DNA from: the human T2T-CHM13v2.0 reference genome, Homo sapiens
Assembly (NCBI RefSeq): GCF_009914755.1
Contig: NC_060933.1
Direction: 5' to 3' (one strand)
DNA length: 64,000 bases
Shown here piece after piece: positions 22,601-37,400 of this stretch. Each line of letters opens with the position of its first letter. Position 1 is the first letter of the stretch. Under the pieces are notes generated by a model. It made no database searches. It was not told where the DNA came from and saw only the letters and a program-made list of their open reading frames with translations. Position numbers and translations under genes: made by a program.

Positions 22601-24379
22601 AGAGTGACAGCCCTGACACGGCTACACCAGGAATATCGCTAATAGTAAAAATCTCTGGTACTCATGGAGATTGTTTAAGCCATTGTTTTATTTAATGCTA
22701 GCTAGGACTCAGTCTCTTTCTCCAAAAAAGAGCCTTCCATGTGCAAATCCTCCTTTAAATCTCCCAACATCTTAGTGTGATCTTTGATAGCATACCTTTG
22801 ACCCGAGCAAGAGGGATAGGTTCCTATCCTACTCCCCTGCTTTACAGACCTCCTCCAGTTCCCGGTTGCTCAGGAATTAAGAGGTCTAATGGCAAAGCGG
22901 ATGTGCCCCATCCCGTTTTAGTCCAATCTCTGGGTATTGAGGACTCTGGAATTCCCCACGCGCCTCCAGGGTGTTGAAGGTAGGAGGTATCCTGCCTCTC
23001 TGTTGTCCCCAAGGTGGCTAGAGCCACTGTGTCAGGTACCGTAGGCCCGAGAGTGGCCAGGAGCAGCTGTTGAGTCAGGGGTATGGAGCTTGAATGTGAG
23101 CACTAGAATGTCCAGGAGCTGGGAGAGATGGAAGTCCTCTCACCCTGTTGCTCTTGCCGGAGCAGAACAGGTCATTAGGAAGGAACATTTGTTAGAAGAG
23201 GAGGTGTTGACCAGCTGTCAGCTTTTTCAAGGTTTGTGCCTGCATAGAGTCCCCTCATCCAAAGATATGCCCTGTCCTGGGGGTCGAGGAAGAGTGGCAC
23301 ACAAATTTTACCTGCCCTGGACAGTCTGGTGGGCCATATATTCTCTAGGACACCTAGTGGGGTTGGCTAAGGTTTGGGGGAGTCCGCATTGCATTTGGAC
23401 TTCTCTCTCTGCCTGCTCCTGCCTCCTCTCCCTGTTGATCACTAATAAATACCACACAGGACAAACTCAGTCTCAGTATCTGCTCCTGGAAATTCCAAAT
23501 TGCAACAATTTGTCAAGATAGGAGGATAGAGAATGTTTTATGTAGCACTCAATAGCTGACTATTGCTTATGAATATTTAGATGATAGTATGGGGCATTCA
23601 TGTAGGCTCTTGAGCTGGGCCCTTCAAATGTTAGGGCAGATCCTGATGGAGAGGTCAGTATTGAGGGTATGGGAAGATGTGGATTTCATTCTTGGCCCAG
23701 CTACTGGCTAATCCTGGGGATCTTTGAAAAGTCTCTCCATTTCTTTTCTCATTTCAAAGGAGAGAACACCTGTTCATCCCACAGGTGGCTGGGAAGCTGG
23801 TATGACACCGGGTCAGTGGAGGACATCTTACAGCTGTAATCTGTAAATCCCCATATGCACATATGAGGTGGCAGGGATGGGACCTGCCCCAAGTTGAAAA
23901 CTGGATCATCTCTGCTAGCCAAAAGAGCAGACAGCCCAGAGATCAAAGAAAAGTCACCAGCCAAACAGTCCATGCTTTTCTTTTAAGACCACACACACAC
24001 TTGTCCATCCTATTATAGTGACCGTTAGGCTCCAAAAGAGTCATATCAATACCCAAAAATTGTTACCCCAAATTCCAAGGAAGCAAAATAAGACCAACAA
24101 GGACAGTAGTGAAAAAGACAGAATAAAGATAACCCAATGTGGGACTGTAAGAAACAGAATTTTGAAGAAATGAGAAGAACCTGAGATTGGTTGTCTGGCC
24201 TGATTAGGAATAAAGGCTGAGATTCAACTAGTATGAAAATACAGGCTCTGGAAGCACTTGGCATGACAGCTAGGTAAATTACCAAGTATGGTCACCTGGA
24301 TTGAACTACCCAATGAAGACAAGGCTCTGGGAAACCAAGTGGCCATTGTCAACAATAATAATAATAATATGAAGATTAG

Positions 24380-25620
24380 GAAGAACTCAAAGAATGAACT
24401 CAAGGGATGAGTTTAAAACTGGACCACTGAAAGAAAAGTAGTGATGCACTAAGTCCTAAATTATCAGCTTATGACTTTTAAACAACTGTATTTTTACAAA
24501 CAACAGAGCTCAAAGAATATCTTGTTAATTGAGCCACAAGGCCAAAACTGAAAAACCAAATTCACAATTTCATCTACAAATCGCCAAATTACAAAGTCAA
24601 TTGAATTATCGGCCTCACAAGATTTTATAATTATCAGCAGGAAAGAGTGGGAATCTGGGAATAAGAATAGGACTATAAAAGAAAACTTGAATGATTCCTA
24701 GTCACTCAAGCCCCCAAACTCCCTTGGCAGCAGAAGCATGCCCTCTTCCTTATGTAACGAGGCTGTTCCTGCTTTGTTTGAAGATCCTCTTCGGAACTCA
24801 CTTAAGGCAGTTACCTTGGAAAGGGAAGCCGATCTCCTCCCACCCCTCTCCCACCATCTCTGACTACTCTCACTCTTAATACTTGAACCAGATTCAGTCA
24901 CACCCTAGGAGACCAACTATAAAGTCAACCCCAAGAAGAGAAAGAATTGCAAGATTCTGCTAATTTACATTGAAGAGTATATGTGTGAATAAACCTGAAT
25001 CTGTCCATTTGAATTCACTTCCCAATGACTCTGGTTTCAATGTACTATCTAAATTGACTAACTGACTTCTGGACTCAGCTAAATGAAGATGAGAAAAAGG
25101 AAATTCCCTGGTACATGTACAGGAAAAGATCCAAAGAATCAAGGAGATGGAAATATTGCAGTGTATTTCCACATGTGGCCAGCTTACCTCTCTTTAACTG
25201 TGTCCCCTGAGGGGGCATCCACCAAGATTTTCAAAGAATCATTGGCAAAGGAAGGACTGCCATCTTTGAAAAGCACCAAAGTGGCTGTTCTTTGTAGCAA
25301 GAGATGGTTGTGAAAGACACTGCAGTCAAAAGGAGCTCCCTGACTTAAATGGGAAGGATGAGAGCCTGGGCTGGCAGAAGACAAATAGTGGTGCATGACT
25401 TAACCCTCAGTGCCAGGGAGGGCTTGGTACAATCATAAGCAGTGGTACCCAAGTAGACTTCAGAATGGTGTGACTCATAGGGATTTTGCTGGTGGCCAAG
25501 CATCCAACTAGGACTCAATTTGATCTATAGGACAAACAAGATTTCTACACCAGGTGAACAAAGGCCAGGCTAAAATCCCCCTACAAATATTCCCAAATCT
25601 GAACCTGTCCCCCAAAGACA
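24380..25620 (+). mobile_element. Ancient ERVL/MaLR internal (gag-like) remnant
   Basis: aaaactgaaaaaccaaattcacaatttc...aaattacaaagtcaattgaattatcggcctcacaag...ggaaagagtgggaatctg resembles ERVL-E/MLT-int sequence. No intact ORF. Confidence 0.5.
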
Positions 25621-25634
25621 ACCAGAAACATTTT

Positions 25635-25762
25635 TTTATTTTTTATTATTATTATTATTTTTTACCGATTGGGTCCCACTATGTTGCTCAGGCTGGTCTC
25701 GAACTTCTGGCCCCAGTCAATCCTCCTGCTTGAGCCTCCCAAGTAGCTGGGATGACAGGCAA
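25635..25762 (-). mobile_element. Alu monomer (FLAM-like)
   Basis: (TTA)n tail, then cactatgttgctcaggctggtctcgaacttctgg...gcctcccaagtagctgggatgacaggc. Confidence 0.8.
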
Positions 25763-26039
25763 CAAACAGAGGACATTTGAGTACAGGAAAGGTGGCTCCA
25801 CTTGAGGCATTAGAATGTCAGCCATAGCAGTGGCTGCAAGTCCAGTTCTTACTAAAGAAGTGGCAATGGGTGAGATTAATTAGTGTCTCACGCTCAGTGA
25901 TAGTAACTGATATTCTTTACCAAAAAATATGCCTAACCAATGGGTTATAACACTTTGGTAAGCCACAAATAGATAACAGGTGGCCTGCCCACAAAAGATT
26001 GATGGTTGTAAATATTGCATCTTGAATTTTTTCATTTTA

Positions 26040-26805
26040 AGCACTTTTACAGCCATTAAAATTGATAACTTAAAAAGAAATATTTAGGTATAAATCTAAC
26101 AAAATATGCACAAGATCTTTATGAGGAAAACTACAAGACTCTGGTGAAAGAAATCAAAGAACTAAATAAATGGAGAGCTATTCCATGTTCATGGATAGGA
26201 AGACTCAATACTGTTAAGATTTCAGGTCTTCCCAAATTGATCTATAGGTTAAGTGCAACCCAAGTCAAAACCTGAGCTAGTTACTTTGTGGATATCAGCA
26301 AACTTTTTTTAAAGTTTATATGGAAAGGCAAAAACCCAGAGTAGCTAACACAATACTGAAGAAAAACAAACTCAGATGACTGATATTACCTGACTTTAAG
26401 ACTTAATATAAAACCAAAGTGATCAAGGCAGTATGGTACTGGCAAAAGAATAAACAAATTGATCAGTGGAACAAAATAGAGGGACCAGAAAGAAACCCAC
26501 ACAAATACAGTCAATTGATATTTGACAAAGAAGCAAAGTCAGTCCAATGGAGAAAGGATAATCTTTTTGACAAATGGTGCTGGAAAAACTAGACATTCAC
26601 ATGCAAAAAAATGAGTATAGACATAGACCACACACTGTTCACAAATTTTAAGTCAAAATAAATCATTGACTCACATGTAAACAATAAAACTTCTAGGAGA
26701 TAACATGAGGGAAAATTTAGGTAATCTTCAGTTTGGTGATAAAAATCAACAAACATCAACACATCAAAAGCATAAGTTGGACTCAGTTAAAATGTAAAAC
26801 TTTTA
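26040..26805 (+). mobile_element. L1MC-type ORF2 3' segment (continues at 31660-32628)
   Basis: gaggaaaactacaagactctggtgaaagaaatcaaagaactaaataaatggagag...ccatgttcatggataggaagactc. Confidence 0.8.
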
Positions 26806-28291
26806 GGGCAGCTTCAAGATGGCTGACTGGAGACACTGATCACCCAATCTCCCCAAAAAAGAAGAACCAAAGTTAGAGGTGAAAAATCATAACTCAAAAG
26901 ATTAAGAGACGAGTGTGAAGGCCTATTGGAAAATTCACAAGCAGAAGCTAGGGCACAGAAAAAAGGAGGAGGCAAGAATTTGGCAGAAATTGAATCCTGA
27001 AGGACTTGGGGTCCCATGGAAAGGGTAAGTGGGGATGTTTTGGGTTGCCCTCACCCCTGTGACAGATTGCTAGTTTCCAAACTGTTGAAGAGCTCCTCTG
27101 CCCTCACAAGCTTATGCATCGGTGTGGGCGGCAATTTGGGAATTTCTTGAGGGCACTGCACTGGGCTGTCAGCAACCCCCAAATTTGAGCTATGGTAGCG
27201 GGCACCACACTGGGTGTGCACCCATTTTGGGACTCTATCCTGCCCAGGGAATCTCAGTTCTTGTGTCTCCACATCACCAAATCCCCTGCAGACATCCCTC
27301 AGCACCCACTGAGATTGTGGCACCCACATGGGGCCAGCTGGACCCAGGAGAGCTGAGGGTCTGACCCTCAGGGCATGCTGTTCCAAGGAAAAGGCAGAGT
27401 GCAGCATGCCAAGGGAACACCTGTTAGGACAAAAGAAACCATAGAGTGTGCTCTCCTATTCCTGAGAGCTCCCCACTTCTGTGCTGAAAGTGACTGCACT
27501 CCTTTCAACAGCGACATGGGCACTGTGCTTGGCTCTGTGGGTGAAGAGTGTGGTTCTGCCATAGCAGCCAGGTGGCCCCAGTGCTTGGGCCTGGTAATGG
27601 AGATGAAGCCTCCTACTCCCCGCATAGCTGCTGCTGCCAGGGTTTGGCTTAAGCATACCTGTAGACAGCCATTCCAGGGCTATTAAGGATGACTGCATCC
27701 TTACTGGCAATGTCCCCACTGGGCCCTAGATTGTACAAAAGACAGGGCCCCTCCACCTCTGTACAGACAGTGGCAGCATTCCTGCAGCAAGAACAGGTGA
27801 GCCATAAAGCTGTCTATTTTGGGCTGAGGGAAGAGGCTCCACACCAAAGCCATTTCAGCAGAGAGCCACAGGAAAGGCATTGTCCATGTCTCTCAGCTAC
27901 ATTGTGGCCTAAAGATAGAAGTGTCTGTCGAACTGAGTCATGAGCCCTGGGACAGAGGCATGATAGGGAAGAAGACTGCGTTTCTGCACCATGGAGCTGG
28001 TGCAGCCCCCTGACCCCCTGAGGAGACCTTTGTGCATTTCACCAGAAGCTCCCCTAAGCACCCCATCAGGGCTTGTGCTTGTGCTTGGCATTGGGTTATC
28101 CAAGAACAAGCCTGGCAGTCCAGCTTGACTCAGCTTTGGCCACTCCCCAACCCAGGGCTGAGCAGGAAACTCAGAGAATGGTGTATTCCACAGGCCAGAT
28201 AATTGCCTGTGACAACACAGAGCTTCTCCCAGCTGAAAAAAAAGATCAAGTATATACCCATCTGCGTCTGCCACAGAAGCTCTTACCTTCA

Positions 28292-28308
28292 AGTGCCACC
28301 TACTGGTC
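28292..28308 (-). promoter_or_regulatory. Candidate CTCF motif inside the L1 5' UTR
   Basis: Minus strand GACCAGTAGGTGGCACT matches the CTCF core CCASYAGRKGGCRS. Confidence 0.45.
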
Positions 28309-29030
28309 TGGAAGTCAAACTGCACAACCTAATACAAATTTGGCTGACTCAGTGTACAGCACTAGGGACCGAGATAAGTTTCTGAAGACTTCTATCTCCG
28401 TCTTTACAGGAGACTGAGAGCCTACTCACATGCCCAGTACACCACTACTACAACCAGCATTTGAGAAAACAACCATACTAACGTTATCTATAACCAAGGA
28501 ATTCATACAGAGCCTTGGCCCCCTGAAAGCACCAAGAAGCAAAGCCAAACAATCCTATTCAACATACATTACAGTCATCCTCAAAGAAGAAATAAAAAGT
28601 CTTGTCCAAACAAAAGTAAATTCAAAAATAAGAAGTGACACCTCAGAATAAGAAAGGACCAACACAACAATTCCAGCAGCATGAAAAAAAGAGTGTGTTA
28701 TGATAACCTCAAAGGATCACACTAAATATCTAACAATGGATCCTAACCAAAATGAAAATTCCAAAACACCAGATAAAGAATTAAAAATATAGATTGTAAG
28801 GAAGCTCAATGAGATCCAAGAGAAAGTTGAAAAACAACACAAGGAAATCAGAAAACAATTCAAGGTATGAATGAAAAATTTACTAAGGAAAAAGATTTAA
28901 AAAATAAAAGAACATCTGGAAATGAAACAGTCATTGAAGCAATTACAAAATACAGTTGAAAGCTTTAACAATAGATTAGACCAAGAGGAAGAAAGAATTT
29001 CAGAGCTCAATGACAGGTCTTTGGAAGTAA

Positions 29031-29373
<343 letters not shown>

Positions 29374-29778
29374 GAGAAAATAATTTTTTAAACGAACAAA
29401 GCCTTTGAGAAATATGGTATTATAAACCATCCAGACCTGTAAGTCATAGGTATCCCTGAGGGAGAAGAAGAAAAATTTAAAAGTTTGGAAAACCTATTTG
29501 AGGGAATAATTGAGGAAAACTTTACTTTTCTTGCTAGAGATTTACACATCCAGATACAAGAAGCTCAGAGAACTCCTAGGAGATATATTGCAAGACAAAC
29601 ATCACCAAGGTGTATAGTCACCAGACTGTCCAAAGTCAACATGAAGAAAAAGAATCCTAATAGCAGCAAGAGAAAACTGTCTAATAACCTGTAAAGGAAA
29701 TCCCATCACACTAACAGCAGACTTCTCATCAGAAAACCTACCAGACAGAAGAGATAAGGGTCCTATTTTCAGTCTTCA

Positions 29779-30135
<357 letters not shown>

Positions 30136-30414
30136 TCATAAATGAAGGAGAAATAAACTATTTCCCAGACAAGCAAACACTAAGGGAATTTGATGCCACT
30201 AGACTGGCTCTATAAGAAATGTCAAAGAAGTTCTAAACATAGAGACAAAATGTCTTCATCATAAAAACACATAAAAAGTATAAAACTCACAAGTTGTATA
30301 AAACAATTACACAGTTGAGACTACAAAGCAACTAGGTAACAATTAACATTATGACAGGAACAAAGCTTCAAACATCAATATTAACCTTGAATGTAAATAA
30401 AATAAATGTTCCAC

Positions 30415-30685
<271 letters not shown>

Positions 30686-30866
30686 TCACAAGAAACCCAT
30701 CTAACTGGTAAATAAATTTAAAGACTCAAGGTAAAGGCATGGAAAAAGACATTCTGTGCAAATGGAAATCAAAAGCAGACTGGGATAGCTATACTTATAT
30801 TAGATAAAACACACTTTAAATCAACAACAATAAAACAAGTTCATTATTATAGAATCAAGACGTTAG

Positions 30867-31152
30867 GACAACTTTAAATCAATATTTTAAGTCACTTTAA
30901 ATCAACAGTTAAAAAAAGACAAAGAAGGTCATTATTATTATGTAATCATTATATAGTTATATATAATGATCATATAATTATTATTATATAATGACCTTCT
31001 TTGTCATTATATAATATAATATAACCAAAAAAGGTCATTATGATTATATAATATTATATATAATTATTATATAATCATTATCTAATTACCTTCTTTGTCT
31101 TTTTTTACTGTTGTTGATTTAAAGTGTCTGAAAGTATTGATTTAAAGTTGTC
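30867..31152. repeat. Nested AT-rich inverted repeat (quasi-palindrome) derived from local L1 sequence
   Basis: Outer arms 30867-30934 and 31083-31152 (~70 bp, imperfect). Inner perfect 17-bp arms GACAAAGAAGGTCATTA at 30918-30934 and its reverse complement at 30989-31005. Confidence 0.88.
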
Positions 31153-31557
31153 TTCTTTTACTGTTTGTCCCTATCATTATAAAATAAAGTGATCAATTCA
31201 TCAAGAAGATATAACAATTCTAAATATATATGCCCCCAACAATGGAATTCTCAGATTCATAAAAACAAATATTACTAGACCTAAGAAAAGAAGTATACAG
31301 CAATGCAATAATAGTGAGAGACTTCAACAATCCAATGACATCACTAGACAGATTATTGAGGCAGAAAATCAACAAAGAAACTCTGGACTTAAATCAGACT
31401 CTAGATTAAATGGACCTAACAGACATTTATACAACATTCTACCCAACAACTGCCAAACATACATTTTTTTCTCATCTGCACATGAACAATTCTTCAAAAT
31501 AGACCATACTTTAAGCAACAAAACAAGTCACAATAAATTTTTAAAAATCAAAATTAT

Positions 31558-31592
31558 ATCACTTCTCAGTCTTTTGGCTAAGATCAAGGGTA
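31558..31592 (+). pseudogene. U2 snRNA 5' fragment (nt 1-35), tailless retropseudogene
   Basis: atcacttctcagtcttttggctaagatcaagggta vs U2 ATCGCTTCTCGGCCTTTTGGCTAAGATCAAGTGTA (31/35). TSD AAAAATCAAAATTAT at 31543-31557 and 31592-31606. Confidence 0.9.
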
Positions 31593-31659
31593 AAAATCAA
31601 AATTATATCAAATATCTTCTCAGACTACAGTGGAATAAAACTAGAAATCAATACCAAAG

Positions 31660-32628
31660 CAGATATGCTGATGGCAAATAAGTATATGAAACAATACTCA
31701 ACATCATATCTCATTACAGAATTACAAATTAAAACAACAATGAGATACTGTGATACACCAGTTAGATGGATAAGACCCAAAACTGACACTGACAATACCA
31801 AATGCTAGTGAGAACGTGGAGCAGAGGAATTCTCATTGATCACTGGTGGAAATGTAAAATGGTACAGCCACTTTGAAAGACAGTTTGGTAGTTTCTTATG
31901 AAACTAAACATAAGCTTAGCATATAATGTAGCACCTATGCAACTAGGTATTCATGCAAATGAGCTGAAAACATTTTTGTCCATACAAAAACCTGCACTCA
32001 GACATTTATAGCAGATTTATTCATGATTGCCAAAAATTAGAAGCAACCAATATGTCCTTTAATAGGTGAATGGATACATGAACTGTGGTATCTCCATACA
32101 ATGGGATAATACTCGATGATTAAAAGAAATGAGCTATCAAGTCATGAAGAGACATGGAAGAATATTAAATGCATATCACTAAGTGAAAGAAGCCAATATG
32201 AAAAGGCTACAGAATGTATTATTCCAACTGTATAACATACTAGGAAAGGCAAAACTATGCAAACAGCAGTAAAAAGATTAGTAATTACCATGAGTTCAGG
32301 AGAGTGGGTGAGATGAATAGGTGGAGTACATTTTCAGAATAGTGAAACTATTATTCTGTATAATACTCCAGTGGTGAATACCTAACATTATGCATTTGTC
32401 AAAACCCATAGAACTGTGCAACATACATAGCGAACCCTAATATAAACTATAGGCTTCTGTTAATAATAATGTGTCTATATTTTTTCATCCATTGTAACAA
32501 GCATACCACACTAATGCAAGGTGTTAAAATAGGGGAAACTGAGGAAACGGGTAGGCTATCTGGAAACTCTTTGTACATTCTGCACAATTTTTCTGTAAAC
32601 CTAAAAGTGCTCTAAAAAATAGTCTATT
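31660..32628 (+). mobile_element. L1MC1-like 3' end
   Basis: gatggcaaataagtatatgaaacaatactcaacatc ... tatgcatttgtcaaaacccatagaactg ... ctgtaaacctaaaagtgctctaaaaaat. Confidence 0.85.
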
Positions 32629-32689
32629 GTCTGGTCTGAGTACAGTAGTATTTACAACTAATTGATCACAATCTGTTACAGATTTCTTT
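32629..32689 (+). pseudogene. Y3 RNA (RNY3-derived) pseudogene, 5' part (nt 1-61)
   Basis: gtctggtctgagtacagtagtatttacaactaattgatcacaatctgttacagatttcttt aligns without gaps to hY3 GGCTGGTCCGAGTGCAGTGGTGTTTACAACTAATTGATCACAACCAGTTACAGATTTCTTT. Confidence 0.92.
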
Positions 32690-34412
32690 TTTTTATTTTA
32701 AGCTTGAGGGTACATGTGAAAGTTACATAGATAATCATGTGTCATGAGGGTTTGTTGTACATATTACTAGATCGCCCAAGTACTAAACCCAGTACCCAAG
32801 AGTTGTGTTTTCTGCCCTTCTCCCTCCTTGTAACCTGCCCCCTCAAGAAGACCCCAGTGTCTTTTGTTTCCCTCTTTGTGTTCATAAGTTCTTATCATTT
32901 AGCTCCCACTTGTAAGTGAGACAATGTGGTATTTGGTTTTCTGTTCCTGCATTAGTTTGCAAAGGATGATAGCCTCCAACTCCATCCATATTCTTGTAAA
33001 ATATATGATATTGTTCTTTTTTATGACTGCATAATATTCCATGGTGTGTATGTTCCACATTTTGTTTATCCAGTTTGTTACTGATGGGCATTTAGGTTGA
33101 TTCCATGTCTTTGCTATTGTGAACAGTACTGCCACGAATATTTGTGTACATGTGTCTTTATGGTAGAATGCTTTATATTCCTCTGGGTATACACCCAGTA
33201 ATAGGATTGCTGTGTTGAATGGTAGCTTTTAGCTCTTTGAGGGATCACTATACTGCTTCTCACAATGGTTAAACTAATTTACACTCCCACCAACAGCGTA
33301 TAAGAGTTTCCTTTTCTTTGCAACCTTGCCAGCATCAGTTATTTTTTGACTTTTTAATAATAGCCATTTTGACTGGTGTGAGATGCTATCTCATTGTGCT
33401 TTTGATTTGCATTTGTCAAATGATCAGTGATATCGAGCATTTTTTTCATATGCTTGTTGGCCACATATATGTCTTCTTTCAAGAAGTGTCTGTTCATGTC
33501 TTTTGCCCACTTTTTAATAGGGTTGGTTTTTTTTCTTGTAAATTTGTTTAAGTTCCTTATAGATGCTGGACATTAGACCTTTGTCAGATGCATAGTTTGC
33601 AAATATTTTCTCCCATTCTGTAAGTTGTCTGTTTATTCTGTTGATAGTTTGTTTTGCTGTGCAGAAGCTCTAAAGTTTAATTAGGTCTCATTTGTCAATT
33701 TTTACTTTTGTTGCAATTGCTTTTGGCATCTTCATCATTAAATCTTTGCCCATTCCTATGTCCGGGATAGTATTGCCTAGGTTGTCTTCCAGGATTTTTA
33801 TAGTTTTGGGTTTTACATTTAAGTCTTTATTTTATCTTGAGTTGACGTTTAGATGTGATGTAAGGAATGGGTCCAGCTTCAATCTTCTGCATATGGCTAG
33901 CCAGTTATCCCAGAACCATTTATTGAATAGGAAGTCTTTTCCCCATTGTTTTTGTCAGCTTTGTCAAAGATCAGATGGTCGTAGATGTGTGGCCTTATTT
34001 CTGGGCTCTCTATTCTGTTCCATTGGTCTATGTCCCTGTTTTTATACCTGTACTATGCTGTTTTGGTCACTGTAGACTTGTAGTATACTTTGAAATCAGG
34101 TAACATGATTCCCCCACCTTTGTTCTTTCTGCTTAGGATTGCCTTGGCTATTTGGGCTCTTTTTTGGTTCCATATAAATTTTTAAGTAATTTTTCTAGTT
34201 CTGTGAAGAATGTCATTGGTAGTTTGATAGAAATAGTATTAAATCTGTAAATTGCTTTGGGCAGTATAGCCATTTTAATGATGTTGATTTTTCCTATCCA
34301 CAAACATGGGATGTTTTTCCACTTGTTTGCATCTTCTCTGATTACTTCGAGCAGTGTTTTGTAATTCTCATTGTAGAGATCTTTCACCTCCCTAGTTAGC
34401 TGTAGTCCTAGG

Positions 34413-34458
<46 letters not shown>

Positions 34459-37400
34459 ATTCATGTGTGAATTGTGAATGTAATTGTCTTTCTGATTTGG
34501 CTCTCAGTTTGGTTGTTAGTGGTGTATAGGAATGCTAGTGATTTTTGTACATTGATTTTGTAACCTGGAATTTTGCTGAAGTTGTTTGTCAGCTGAAGGA
34601 GATTTTGGGACAAGACTATGGGGTTTTCTAGATATAGAATCATATTGTCTGCAAAAGGAGGTAGTTTGACTTCCTCTCTTCCTATTTGTACACCCTTTAT
34701 TTCTTTCTCTTGCCTGATTGCTCTGGCTAGAACTTCCAATACTATGTTGAACAGAAGTGGTGAGAGAGGGCATCCTTCTCTTGTGCTGGTTTTCAAGGGG
34801 AATGCTTCCAGCTTTTGCCCATTCCATATAATGTTGGCTGAGTGTTTGTCATAGATGGATCTATTTTTCTGGGGTATGTTCTTTCAATACTTAGTTTATT
34901 GAGAGTTTTTAACATGAAGCAATGCTGAATTTTATCAAAAGCCTTTTCTGCATCTATTAAGATAATCATATGGTTTTTGCTTTAGTTCTGTTTATGTGAT
35001 GAATCACATTTATTGATTGTTGTATGTTGAGCCAACTTTGCATCCTGGGGATGAAGCCTACTTGATCATGGTGGATTAGCTTTTTGATGTGCAGCTGGAT
35101 TTGGTTTGCAAGTATTTTCTTGAGGATTTTTGTATCAATGTACACCAAGGATATTGGCCTGAAGTTTTCTTTTTTTGTTGTGTCTCTGCCAGGCTTTGAT
35201 ATCAAAATGACACTGGCCTCACAGAATGAGTTGGGGAGAAGTCCCTCCTCCTCAATTTTTTGGAATAGTTTCTGTAGGAATGGTACCACCTCTTCTTTGT
35301 ACATCTAGTAGAATTCAGCTGTGAATCCATCAGGTCCCAAGCTTTTTTTGCTTGATAGGCTATTATCACTGATTCCATTTTGGAGCTTGTTATTGGTCTA
35401 TTCAGGGAATCAATTTCTTCCTGGCTCAGTCTTGGGAAAGTGTATGTGTCCAGGAATTTATCCTTCTCTTCTAGATTTTCTAGTTTGTGTGCATAGAGGT
35501 GTTTATAGTAGTTTCTGAGGGTTGTTTTTATTTCTGTGAGGTCAGTAGTAACAGTCCCTTTGTCATTTCTAATTGTGTTTATTTGGATCTTCTCTTCGCT
35601 TCTTAATTAGTCTAGCTAGTGGCCTATTTCATTGATTTTTTTCAAAAAAAAAAAACTCCTGGATTCATTGATCTTTTGAATGGTTTTTCGTGTCTCAATT
35701 TCCTTCAGCTAAGCTCTGATTTTTGTTATTTCTTGTCTTCTGCTAGCTTTGAAATTGATTTGTTCTTGCTTCTTCAATTCTTTCAGTTGTGAGGTTAGGT
35801 TATTACTTTGAGATCTTTCTAATTTTTTGATTTTGGACATTTAGTGCTGTGAATTTTACTGTTAACACTGCCTTAGCTGTGTCCCACAGATTCTGGTATG
35901 TTATATCTTTGTTCTCATTATCTTCAAAGAACTTCTTGATTTCTGCCTTAATTTCATTATTTACCCAAAAGTCATTCAGGGGCTTGTTGTTTAATTTCCA
36001 CGTAATTGTATGATTTTGAGAAATTTTCATTGTGTTGATCTTTATTTTTATTGTACTGTGGTCTGACAGTGTGTTTGGTATAATTTTGGTCCTTTTACAT
36101 TTGTTGAGGATTGTTTTATGTCCAATTATGTGGTCAATTTAAGAGTATGTGTCATGTGACAATGTGAAGAATATACATTCTGTTGTTTTGGGGTGAAGAC
36201 TTCTATAAAGGTCTATCAGATCCATTTGGTCCAATGTTCACTTTAGGTCCTGAATATCTTTGTTACTTTTCTGCCTCAATCTAATACTGTCAGTGGAGTG
36301 TTGAAGTCTCCCACTATTATTTTGCGGGAGTCTCTGTATCTTTGTAGGTTTCTATGAACTTGCTTTAGGAATCTGGGTGCTCCTGTGTTGGGTACATATA
36401 TATCACATATATTTAGGATAGTTAGGTCTTCTTGTTGTATTGAACCTTTTGCCATTATGTAATGCCTTTCTTTGTCTTTTTTATCTTTATTAGTTTGAAA
36501 ACTATTTTTCTGAAATAAGGATTGCAACTTCTGCTTTTTTCTGTTTTCCATTTGCTCCGTAGATTTTCCTCCATCCCTTTATTTTGAGCCTATTAGTGTC
36601 ATTTTGGGTGAGATGGGTCTCTTGAAGACAGCATACCATTGGATCTTGCTTTTTTATTATTATTATTATTCAGCTTGTCACTCTAGTTTTTAAGAGAGAC
36701 AATTAACCCATTTACATTCAAGGTTAGCATTGACATGTGTGCATTTGATCCTGCCACTATGCTGTTAGCTGGCTGTCATGTTGGCTTGTTAGTGTGGCTA
36801 CTTTACAGTTACTCTGGTCTGTATGTTTTTGTATTAGCTAGCAGCAGTTTTTCCTTTCTATATTTAGTGCTCCTTTCAAGATCTCCTGTAAGGCAGGTCT
36901 GGTGATAATGAATTCCCTCAACATTTGCTTATCTGAAACGATCTTATTTTTCCTTCACATAAGAAGCTTAGTTTGGCTGAATATGAAATTCTTGGTTGAA
37001 GATATTTTTCTTTAAGAATGTTGAATATAGATCCCCAATCTCTTCTGGCTTGTAGGGTTTCAGCTGAAAGATCAGCTGTTAACCTCATGGGGTTCCCTTT
37101 GTAGGGGACCTATACTTTCTCTCTAGCTGCCTTTAACATTCTTTCTTTCATTTCAACCTTGGAAAATCTGAAGATTATGTGTCTTGGGGATGATCTTCTT
37201 GTGTAGAAGAAGGTGCCCTTTCAGGGGTGCCTATGATTCATAAATTTGGCCTCTTTACATAATCCCATACCTCTTTGAGGTTTTGTTCATTCATCTCTTT
37301 TTTCCCTTTATTTGTGTCTGATTGTCTTATTTCAGAGAACCAGTCTTCAAGTTCTGAGATTCTTTCCCCAGCTTGGTTTATTCTGCTGCTAATACTTGTG

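Noticed and set aside
30810-31170. CRISPR-like or prokaryotic repeat array
   Set aside because: The DNA is primate, and the repeats are irregular, partly inverted and L1-derived, with no repeat-spacer periodicity or cas genes.
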